A program made the translations under genes and the position numbers. Below, piece after piece: positions 39,536 to 47,663 of a DNA stretch of 64,000 nt. The stretch's first letter is position 1, and the number at the start of each line of letters is the position of its first letter. This DNA comes from an uncultured virus (IMG/VR IMGVR_UViG_3300046685_000084) (taxonomy: Duplodnaviria; Heunggongvirae; Uroviricota; Caudoviricetes): the IMG/VR virus record IMGVR_UViG_3300046685_000084, one strand, 5' to 3'. The notes under the pieces are model-generated. The model saw only the letters and a program-made list of their open reading frames with translations. It was not told the origin of the DNA and ran no database searches.

Positions 39536-40822
39536 ATGGGAACATTTGCAATAGATTTATTAACGGGCAACCAATATTTATTTAACGGAAACTTCACTAA
39601 TAGTGGCATGACTACTTTTAGTGGTATTACTTCAGTAAACAATGGTTTGTCAATGGTTACTTCACGTCAAGCCAAACTTGGTGGCGTATTAAATTGTTCA
39701 ACAATATTAACAAGGGGAGCAGGAAACACGGCAGGTGTTGAATATGGTGGTAATTATTCTGCAAGTTTCAGTAATCGTTCATTGGTTGATAAAGGATATG
39801 TTGATAATAAAGTATCTGGTAGTACTGTTTGGGGACATATTACAGGTACTTTGTCCGGACAAACAGACCTACAACAGGTGTTAAATGATAAATTAGATGT
39901 AGCAATTCCTATTACTTATAATGATTTAATTGTTTTAATGAATACCAGTGGACTTACAAAAGCACAATTCTATATCATTACTGATTTTCAAACCAAGCAC
40001 AATATATTCGATGGTACTACCGTACTTCCAGTCGTACATAGTGGTGGTTATAACAATTATCAACAAAATAATGATTTTGTTACTGCTGCATGGGATTTTT
40101 ATATGACAAATGGTTTTATGCAACCTGCAATGTATATTGATGGAGCCAAAGGCATGTGGTTTACGCAAACACAAAATAACATATATGGATTATTACATAG
40201 TGGCAATACAATAAATTTTAACGGAATCAGTGGCGATAGAACTGTATATAATTTGAGTACTTTGAACTTTGAGAATAGTAATGGTGAAAAAATGACTGTA
40301 GTTGACAGTATTTTTGTTGGACTTCAATTTGGTGGGTCTTTTCAGGTTTTTGGTCGTCAAATTTATGATTATCAATATTATGACAATTATAGTTATATTA
40401 AAATATATAAATTAGTTGGTAAAAATAGTCTTAATCAAAATATTATTGCACTACTTATAAAGCCAGTGGGACAAGATATTTTCAGATTAAATTATGTACC
40501 AAATATTGGAAATTTGGATTTGTATGCAATTTATTATGAAGGAGATAATGACCATCAGCCATTTATAAAAAGATTAACGAATGCTGATAGGCATAATGAT
40601 ATTGTTGGCGATATTTCATTCACAATTAATAAAACTGATTGGTGCATTGAACCTCAAACAGCAAGTTCGGGAATTCGTAAACATATTGGACGTGATAGAA
40701 TGAAAAAATTTAGATTTTTCTTTGGTGATGCTTATGGCAACATATCATCGTTCAGTCCAGAAATAACTCCGATTATTTTTGAAAATGATGCAAAAATGAT
40801 GACATTAATAAGTAAAATATAA
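39536..40822 (+). CDS. Fibre/receptor-binding-like protein
   Basis: N-terminal NGL..LGG.L / RSLVDKGYVD module, WG.ITGTL..Q.DL, Y.ITDFQT; unique C-terminal domain. Confidence 0.55.
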   Translation: MGTFAIDLLTGNQYLFNGNFTNSGMTTFSGITSVNNGLSMVTSRQAKLGGVLNCSTILTRGAGNTAGVEYGGNYSASFSNRSLVDKGYVDNKVSGSTVWGHITGTLSGQTDLQQVLNDKLDVAIPITYNDLIVLMNTSGLTKAQFYIITDFQTKHNIFDGTTVLPVVHSGGYNNYQQNNDFVTAAWDFYMTNGFMQPAMYIDGAKGMWFTQTQNNIYGLLHSGNTINFNGISGDRTVYNLSTLNFENSNGEKMTVVDSIFVGLQFGGSFQVFGRQIYDYQYYDNYSYIKIYKLVGKNSLNQNIIALLIKPVGQDIFRLNYVPNIGNLDLYAIYYEGDNDHQPFIKRLTNADRHNDIVGDISFTINKTDWCIEPQTASSGIRKHIGRDRMKKFRFFFGDAYGNISSFSPEITPIIFENDAKMMTLISKI

Positions 40823-40910
40823 ATGACTGTCTTGATTTAAGAATAGTCATATCTGGCTGTCTCGATTAAAGAACTGCCATATTTGGTCGTCTCGATTTAA
40901 GAATGACCGT
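40821..40910 (+). repeat. Three tandem 30-bp hairpin units with covarying stems
   Basis: aaatgactgtcttgatttaagaatagtcat / atctggctgtctcgattaaagaactgccat / atttggtcgtctcgatttaagaatgaccgt. Confidence 0.85.
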
Positions 40911-41048
40911 TGAAAACGAATAATTTATTGTTCGTTTTCTTTTTTATGGGGGTTAATCAACTGCTACGATAATATTTCACAAAATTATACAAAAATTAAT
41001 AATAATTAACAAAATTTTTCGTACTTTTACAAAAAATATACTATTTAT

Positions 41049-41264
41049 ATGAAAAAGATTATTAAAATTATGGAAAATTTGAAAAACCAATCGTTGAAAG
41101 TTGTCCGTGTTGATAAACACGAATTCGAACTTGATAATGGTGATGTGTATCCAATACCTTTCGAATTGGATGTTGATGAAGATATCAGCGTTGAAGAATT
41201 TCAGAAGATTCTGGACTCTTCAAAAGAACTGATGCTAAAGATACTTGAACAGTCAAATGAATAA
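41049..41264 (+). CDS. Hypothetical protein
   Basis: 71-aa ORF (start may be 41070) overlapping tnpA start. Confidence 0.5.
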   Translation: MKKIIKIMENLKNQSLKVVRVDKHEFELDNGDVYPIPFELDVDEDISVEEFQKILDSSKELMLKILEQSNE

Positions 41265-41901
41265 GTTATTATCCATACAACAAGTATCTATGACTCTTGG
41301 TGTCACCAAGAAAACATTACGGATATGGGATAACGAAGGTAAACTCATATCAGTTAAAACCGTTGGTGGACACCGTAAATACCGTGAAGAAGACATTAAT
41401 AACTACATGGGTGAACATAGTGTTGAACCAGTGATAACAGGTGTTGCCACATATAGTCGTGTCAGTTCACATGAACAGAAAACTAAAGGAGATTTGGACA
41501 GACAGTCTCAGAGGATTTCTGAGTACTGTGCAAAGAAGAAATACAGCGTGGAACACATTATTAAGGATGTTGGGTCTGGACTTTCGGACACCCGTGTTGG
41601 TTTTGTTAAACTCGTGGATTTGGTTATTAAGAAAAAAATCAGTAAAATTGTAATCGAAAACAAAGACAGGTTAACCAGATTCCAATTTAATTTAATTAAG
41701 ACATTCTTTAACAGTTATGATGTTGAACTGGAATGTGTGGATAACAACAATATATCCAATGAGGAAGAGTTTGTGAACGACATAATGATGCTCATGGCTT
41801 CCTTCTCAGGAAAACTCTACGGGAAGCGTAGTGTAAAGCGTAAAAAAGAATTGAAAGAAGAAAAATTGAAGTTACAACAATTAAAAGACGAAATATTATG
41901 A
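41257..41901 (+). CDS. tnpA: IS607-family serine recombinase (MerR HTH plus resolvase)
   Basis: LGVTKKTLRIWD.EG....KTVGGHRKY; YSRVSSHEQ..DL.RQ; DVGSGL; KDRLTRF; SFSGKLYGKRS. Confidence 0.9.
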   Translation: MNKLLSIQQVSMTLGVTKKTLRIWDNEGKLISVKTVGGHRKYREEDINNYMGEHSVEPVITGVATYSRVSSHEQKTKGDLDRQSQRISEYCAKKKYSVEHIIKDVGSGLSDTRVGFVKLVDLVIKKKISKIVIENKDRLTRFQFNLIKTFFNSYDVELECVDNNNISNEEEFVNDIMMLMASFSGKLYGKRSVKRKKELKEEKLKLQQLKDEIL

Positions 41902-42080
41902 CAAAAGAAATTAAAGTAAACGGGGGATATATTGTTAAATTTATTAAACCCAATAAAAAATATCCCGTATCATATACACTGGCTCAAGACGGGAGAAAGA
42001 TAATGATGCCAACATGGGTTAAAGGAGTTGATTTAACCGAACCTCAAATTTTTGAATTATTCGAAAAAGAATTATTATAA
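41898..42080 (+). CDS. Hypothetical protein
   Basis: 60-aa ORF coupled to the tnpA stop (ATGA overlap). Confidence 0.5.
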   Translation: MTKEIKVNGGYIVKFIKPNKKYPVSYTLAQDGRKIMMPTWVKGVDLTEPQIFELFEKELL

Positions 42081-42091
42081 ATTAGTTAATT

Positions 42092-42454
42092 ATGGAAAGA
42101 CAAATTAAATTTAGAGCATGGGACGAAGGTAATAAAATCATGCACAACAACTTTCAATTCATTCGTTCAGGAGAAGAAGGTAATGATTGGATAGTATTCA
42201 CATCCGATAAACAAACTCTTAAAGATAAACAGCATCCATTAGAAAATCCTTATTTTCAACAACAATTGAAAATAATGGAATGGTCTGGAATCGAAAACAT
42301 CTTCGAAGGAGATATTGTCACATTAGGCGAAATTGATGGAGAGGGTGTAGTTAAATACAATGAAGACAGATTTTATGTTGATTATGGAACTACGCATACA
42401 AGAGTGAGTAAAAATCATAAAGTATTAGGAAATATTTACGAAAAAACTGAATAA
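42092..42454 (+). CDS. YopX-family phage protein
   Basis: RQIKFRAWD, IFEGDIV, VLGNIYE. Confidence 0.8.
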   Translation: MERQIKFRAWDEGNKIMHNNFQFIRSGEEGNDWIVFTSDKQTLKDKQHPLENPYFQQQLKIMEWSGIENIFEGDIVTLGEIDGEGVVKYNEDRFYVDYGTTHTRVSKNHKVLGNIYEKTE

Positions 42455-42455
42455 A

Positions 42456-42677
42456 ATGAGTGGAGAAGTAGAATTCGGAAGATGTGATATTTGTAAAGAG
42501 GATAAACCTCTTGAAAGGACATACTATCATTATGACATTAAATGTGAATGTCATTCACCCCGTCATTTTGAATTGGTCAGGCATTGTAAAGATTGTGTTC
42601 CAGTAGAACCTCTTGAAACAACCTTAACTATTAAAATAGAGACATTAAGAATATTATTACACTTGCCGAAACATTAA
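42456..42677 (+). CDS. Small Cys/His-rich (Zn-binding) hypothetical protein
   Basis: CDIC, CECH, HCKDC. Confidence 0.55.
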   Translation: MSGEVEFGRCDICKEDKPLERTYYHYDIKCECHSPRHFELVRHCKDCVPVEPLETTLTIKIETLRILLHLPKH

Positions 42678-42681
42678 TAAT

Positions 42682-42888
42682 ATGAAATCACAATATAAAA
42701 TAATTAAAAAATTTAAACCCACAAAAATAAACGGGATTGATTTTTATTCTGATGTACAGGTGTGGAAAATGATTGATATGGCATACGAACAAATTCGAAA
42801 CAAAGAAGAAATATCAGAACCAATGGAATCAGGCGCAGAGTTTTATTGCCCTGATTGTGGTAAAAGTGTTTACAGTTGTGGATGTTAA
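42682..42888 (+). CDS. Small hypothetical protein with C-terminal CPDCG...CGC
   Basis: 68-aa ORF in a tightly packed operon. Confidence 0.5.
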   Translation: MKSQYKIIKKFKPTKINGIDFYSDVQVWKMIDMAYEQIRNKEEISEPMESGAEFYCPDCGKSVYSCGC

Positions 42889-42897
42889 TTTATAAAT

Positions 42898-44031
42898 ATG
42901 AAACTAATCCGTTCAACCAAATGTAGTCTGAAATTCGCAACAGCGAAGAAGCAGAATGAACTATCGGTCATCTTGAGTGAATACTCGAAGGTGGTTAATA
43001 TCTTCATTGACTATTTCTGGTTGAATGCTGATAAAGCAACTAAAGGTGAACTTCTTAAACCAGTTGTTGATATTCCCGAAACATGGTTATCAGCACGACT
43101 GAGAAAAGTAGCAGCCAGAGAAGCAATCGACATGATTAATGCCAGTAAGCAAAGGTGGAAAGAAAAAGCAGTGAAGCCAGTTCATAAAGGTAACAGAATG
43201 TATGTTAGTTGCACCATTGCTGATTTGGTATCCACAAAGAACAACGGATATAAAACCGAAGACAGTTTGAGGTTTGATGCTTGGTTACACATAGCAAGTG
43301 TTGGTAACAAAATGATAATGGACTTACCGATTAAATATCACAAACATTTCAACAAATATAATAACATCGGTAAGAGATTGAATTCATATATCATCACCAA
43401 GAATTATGTCCAGTTCAGTTTTGAGATAATCACCGAGACAAAAAAGGAAGGTAAACATTGCATCGGTATCGACACTGGAATAAACGCACTGGCAAGTCTT
43501 AACAACGGCAATCAGTATGGTCTGGACATCAAAGGTTGTATCGAGAGAGTTAAAAGATGTAAGCAGAAGTCCAAAGGTTATTATGTTGCTAAAAGAGCGT
43601 TGAAACAAAGAATTGATGAAACAGCGAAAGAGATATTAGTAAAAGAAAATCCAGATTTAATTGTTGTTGAACAACTAAAAAAGATGGGATATAAAAGTAA
43701 AGCCAAACGCTTGTTGGCTAAAAATATCAGGCGTTCTATCGGAACTTGGAATTGGAAGTATTGGCTCAAAAGGTTAGAAGCACAATGCGAGATTAACCGT
43801 GTTAGTTTTCGCAGTGTAGCACCTTATTACACCAGTACAACCTGTCCAGTATGTGGTCATTCTGATAGGGGAAATCGACTCGGTGAAGTGTTCTTGTGTC
43901 TATCATGTGGTCACAAAGACAATGCAGATATAAATGCGGGTAAGAACATTTTGAATCGGTTTCTCACGGGACAATACGGTGCTCGTTACAAGGAAATAAA
44001 GGATGTGCAAGTTTGTGCAGATTTATTTTAA
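42898..44031 (+). CDS. tnpB: TnpB RNA-guided endonuclease
   Basis: RuvC GIDTG, IVVEQL, ADINAGKNI; YTSTTCPVCG...CLSCG Zn finger. Confidence 0.9.
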   Translation: MKLIRSTKCSLKFATAKKQNELSVILSEYSKVVNIFIDYFWLNADKATKGELLKPVVDIPETWLSARLRKVAAREAIDMINASKQRWKEKAVKPVHKGNRMYVSCTIADLVSTKNNGYKTEDSLRFDAWLHIASVGNKMIMDLPIKYHKHFNKYNNIGKRLNSYIITKNYVQFSFEIITETKKEGKHCIGIDTGINALASLNNGNQYGLDIKGCIERVKRCKQKSKGYYVAKRALKQRIDETAKEILVKENPDLIVVEQLKKMGYKSKAKRLLAKNIRRSIGTWNWKYWLKRLEAQCEINRVSFRSVAPYYTSTTCPVCGHSDRGNRLGEVFLCLSCGHKDNADINAGKNILNRFLTGQYGARYKEIKDVQVCADLF

Positions 44032-44080
44032 CGGTTAATTTGTTTCTGTTCATTTCAGTATTTATAGTAAATATTAATAG

Positions 44081-44494
44081 ATGAACTACGCAATATTTGA
44101 TGATGTCAATTTTTTTATAAAGAAAGATAGTACTTTACCAGAACTTAAATTTCATCTTACTCAAAAGGTAAGAGAAGAATATGGCATTACTAAAGAAATG
44201 CTTGAAAATGTAGCAGTTACATTCTCTATGATTGATGCGGATTCGGGACTATATAGTATCGCCAATGTTCCGGCAACAATTGAATATAAGGTACTCCGAC
44301 CACAATATCCAAATAATTTTATTTATACGTTGATTTATGCGTTTAAATTATCCCAAACTTCCAAGCCAGGAAGATATCATGGTGAATTCAAGTTGGACTT
44401 TTTGGGCGAAGGTTGTGGTAAGTTGACATTACCAACAAGTGGCGAAATAAATATTCTGATTTCTGACAGTATAACCAAAACTACTGTTATATAA
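44081..44494 (+). CDS. Hypothetical protein (possibly structural)
   Basis: 137-aa ORF after GTATTTATA; FIKK.STLP.L pattern. Confidence 0.5.
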   Translation: MNYAIFDDVNFFIKKDSTLPELKFHLTQKVREEYGITKEMLENVAVTFSMIDADSGLYSIANVPATIEYKVLRPQYPNNFIYTLIYAFKLSQTSKPGRYHGEFKLDFLGEGCGKLTLPTSGEINILISDSITKTTVI

Positions 44495-44499
44495 AATCC

Positions 44500-44529
44500 T
44501 TGACAATAACAATTTTTTAATTATCTTTG
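44500..44529 (+). promoter_or_regulatory. Bacteroidota-type promoter
   Basis: TTGACA at 44500 and TATCTTTG at 44522-44529. Confidence 0.6.
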
Positions 44530-44547
44530 CATGTTAAACAATAATTC

Positions 44548-46350
44548 ATGCAAGAACAGCCGATTTTCGTAGTGCATTGCGAAAGAATCTCAAGAAGACT
44601 TGCTTATTATCTGAGATTTCCCATTAATGACCAACTACTTGAACGTATTAAAGGTCTTCCAGAAGAAACTCGTAAGTGGAATTCGGGCATGATGGTATGG
44701 GAAGTAACCACACCCTCATTATTGTCTCTTATTAAGAAATACAGAGGTTCAAATAAAATATACTTTGATTTTGGTTCAGATGAAAGTCGTAAGATTTTTG
44801 TTCAGCAAATTCGTAAGATTGAAATTGCTGAAGAAGAAAAACGTAAATTCATAGCGGATTTAAATGTTAAAAAAGAACATTGGGTACAATATAAGAAAGA
44901 ACTCGAAGAAACTTATATACAATATTCTGACCAATGTCATGCGTTATTAAGAGAAGGCATTCAACTTTACCCACATCAAATTCAAGCAGCATTATTTGCA
45001 AATGCCACCCGAAATGCTTTAATATCTCATGAAATGGGGTTGGGGAAGACGGCAGTTTCAATTCTTTATTGCGAAATGAATGGATTTGAAAAAGTCGTAG
45101 TTATCACACCGAACTCATTGAAATTCAACTTCTTTAATGAAGTAGAGAAGTTTACCAAGAGCAATTCATACGTAGTTAATTGGAAAAAGAATAAGTGTGG
45201 TATAGATAATGCCAAGTATATAATTGTTAATTATGATTTTTTTAATCCTAAAAGTAAAGAGAAATTTGAAGCAAAATGGAATAAATTAGGAATTGACAGG
45301 ATAGGTGCAGTTATTTGTGACGAATCTCAGAAGATAAAAAACACTAAAACAAACACATACAAAAACTTTAAATCTACATTTAAGAAGAATATTTTTGTTG
45401 CCGATAAAATCTCCAAGATATTCTTAAGTGGTACTCCTGCGCCTAACCGTGCACATGAACTTTACACAGTTTTAAATCAAATTTCTCCAACAGATTTTAA
45501 AACAAAGAAACAATTTAATGAATATTATTGTGGTATGACCTATGACTATAATGCAGGCTGGGGTTATATTACTGATACTGCAGAACAAAAACTTGAAGAA
45601 TTATATCATAAAATTGCACCATATACTCACAGAAAAAGAAAGTTTGAGGTATTAACGGACCTTCCAGATAAAACATATCAGAGGGTTATTCTTGAAATGA
45701 CTGATGAAGAATATGCTATTTACTATAAAATTGAAGCAGGTGTCGCAAATGAATTCGTAGAGCATCCTACACGCAATCCTCTGACAATTATGATTCGTCT
45801 GAGACAGTATTTAACACACTTGAAGATTAAGCACGTATTAGAATTAATTGACAGTATTCTTGAAACAGGAGAAAAGTTTGTTATTGTTGATTTTTTTAAA
45901 GAAAGTCTTTACGAGTTAAAAGCAAAACTTGGTGATATTGTGGCATTACACACTGGTGACCAAAGTGTTGAAGAGCGTGCGGAAATCGTAAAAACATTTC
46001 AAGACATTAATAGCCTTGTTAAGGGATTTTTAGGTTCAATACAGACCTGTAATTATGGTCTAACCCTAACTGCTGCAAGTAAATTATTTATTATGACACT
46101 TCCGTATTCTGTTGGTGATTATGACCAAGTATCAGATAGGTTGCATAGAATAGGACAGAAATCTGCAGTAAATATTTACGTATTAATATTTCCCGATACT
46201 ATTGATGATTATATTTATTCATCTATTGAAAGCAAAAGAACGGAAATTGTAAAAGTCATAGACAATGAAGACTATAAATCTAATGTCAGTGAATCAGTAT
46301 TAAGCGAAGTGATTGCTATAATTAAGCAAAAGCATGGGAAGCTACTATGA
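44548..46350 (+). CDS. SNF2-family helicase with HARP-like N-terminus
   Basis: HEMGLGKT, CDESQKIKN, LSGTP..NR, GLTLTAA, Q..DRLHRIGQ. Confidence 0.85.
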   Translation: MQEQPIFVVHCERISRRLAYYLRFPINDQLLERIKGLPEETRKWNSGMMVWEVTTPSLLSLIKKYRGSNKIYFDFGSDESRKIFVQQIRKIEIAEEEKRKFIADLNVKKEHWVQYKKELEETYIQYSDQCHALLREGIQLYPHQIQAALFANATRNALISHEMGLGKTAVSILYCEMNGFEKVVVITPNSLKFNFFNEVEKFTKSNSYVVNWKKNKCGIDNAKYIIVNYDFFNPKSKEKFEAKWNKLGIDRIGAVICDESQKIKNTKTNTYKNFKSTFKKNIFVADKISKIFLSGTPAPNRAHELYTVLNQISPTDFKTKKQFNEYYCGMTYDYNAGWGYITDTAEQKLEELYHKIAPYTHRKRKFEVLTDLPDKTYQRVILEMTDEEYAIYYKIEAGVANEFVEHPTRNPLTIMIRLRQYLTHLKIKHVLELIDSILETGEKFVIVDFFKESLYELKAKLGDIVALHTGDQSVEERAEIVKTFQDINSLVKGFLGSIQTCNYGLTLTAASKLFIMTLPYSVGDYDQVSDRLHRIGQKSAVNIYVLIFPDTIDDYIYSSIESKRTEIVKVIDNEDYKSNVSESVLSEVIAIIKQKHGKLL

Positions 46351-46693
46351 GTGGGGTCGAAATCCTGTAAGAGATAGTCTGTTACAAATGATTGAAATTG
46401 GCGTTGATATATCTGATAAACAATATAAAAAAGAATTGAATCAAATATTTGTGTATATTCTCGAAAATCACTTGAAGAATCACGAAGATTTAGTATATTT
46501 AGATTTTAAAATTAAAAAAATTGATAAATACTATAAATTAATTGGTAATAACATAGTTTCAGCATTATGGCTTTCAGGTATTTTGCCACGCAATCCAACA
46601 CTGGTGTTCGATAAAAATGAATGTTGCGTTGGTAACATTACATACACCTTTGATAAGAAGAAAAAGATTTTAATTGGTACAGTAAACAAATGA
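46334..46693 (+). CDS. Hypothetical protein
   Basis: 119-aa ORF overlapping both neighbours. Confidence 0.55.
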   Translation: MGSYYEWGRNPVRDSLLQMIEIGVDISDKQYKKELNQIFVYILENHLKNHEDLVYLDFKIKKIDKYYKLIGNNIVSALWLSGILPRNPTLVFDKNECCVGNITYTFDKKKKILIGTVNK

Positions 46694-47649
46694 ATAAGTG
46701 TGTTGCAGTATTATTTTCGGGTGGGTTGGATTCCACCTATCTGGTTTGGAAAAATCTCACAGAAGGTAATAAAGTTCAACCAGTTTATGTTGAAATAGAA
46801 AACAATAAGACAAAAACAATTTTGGAAAAGAATCGCACAGGTTTGTTGGTTGAAGAATTTCGTAAAGAATTTCCAGGCAAAATTCGTAATGTCAAAATCA
46901 TATTAAAAGTCAATGTTGATGCCGTTGAAGACAGTTTGTATTTTAAACAAGTACCTGTTTGGATTCTCGCAATAGTGTTTGCACAGGACCTAAACGTTGA
47001 TGAAATTCAGATTGGCTATGTTGCAAATGATGATGCAATCGGTTATTTACAGGACATTCAGAACGTCTATAAGTCATATGAACCTCTCATGAGGTATCTT
47101 AAGCCTCTTGTATTTCCACTTTCAAAGAAATCCAAGCATGATATGGCACGTGAACTACCTGAGAATTATCGGAAGTTCATTATTAGTTGTGAATATGCTA
47201 AAATTATTGGTTCGGAAGATGCTGAATTTATAGAATACGAACCATGCTGTGATTGTGTACCTTGTAGCCATGCAATACAAGATAATTATTATGGATTAGG
47301 ATTTTTTAAATTTCCTGATAATTATAAAAATAATCTTTTGAAGGTTCGTGCACGTGCTGTAAAAGACATGGGATATGATGTAATAGATAAACAAGGTAGA
47401 AAATACGATTATTATAATGGCTTTGAAGGTACTCCGACTGTCGATGAACCAATGTTGAAGTCAGTAACCCCATATCAACTTGAACTGAAATTTCCTTCGG
47501 AATTTAAGTTTACTTCTCAGGGAATTTCACACAAAGAAATAGATAATACGATAGAATTAAATGTAATGCCAAGTAGTGGATGTGCAGAATTAAAACTTGA
47601 CATGACTATCACACCATCAGGTGTACAATTTAAAGATTTTCAAGAATAA
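46690..47649 (+). CDS. QueC-like PP-loop ATPase (7-cyano-7-deazaguanine synthase family)
   Basis: VLFSGGLDST, PL...SK, SC...PCCDCVPC Zn motif. Confidence 0.7.
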   Translation: MNKCVAVLFSGGLDSTYLVWKNLTEGNKVQPVYVEIENNKTKTILEKNRTGLLVEEFRKEFPGKIRNVKIILKVNVDAVEDSLYFKQVPVWILAIVFAQDLNVDEIQIGYVANDDAIGYLQDIQNVYKSYEPLMRYLKPLVFPLSKKSKHDMARELPENYRKFIISCEYAKIIGSEDAEFIEYEPCCDCVPCSHAIQDNYYGLGFFKFPDNYKNNLLKVRARAVKDMGYDVIDKQGRKYDYYNGFEGTPTVDEPMLKSVTPYQLELKFPSEFKFTSQGISHKEIDNTIELNVMPSSGCAELKLDMTITPSGVQFKDFQE

Positions 47650-47663
47650 GAAAAAACAGAAAA

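Larger units (their letters stand above)
41257..44031 (+). mobile_element. IS607-like element (tnpA + four intervening ORFs + tnpB); ends not defined
   Basis: tnpA and tnpB co-oriented about 1 kb apart. Confidence 0.6.

Noticed and set aside
22537..40822. Diversity-generating retroelement acting on fibre genes
   Set aside because: No reverse transcriptase and no TR/VR pair differing only at adenines was seen
40821..40910. Possible mini CRISPR array
   Set aside because: Units abut with no unique spacers; variable parts are self-complementary stems; no cas genes
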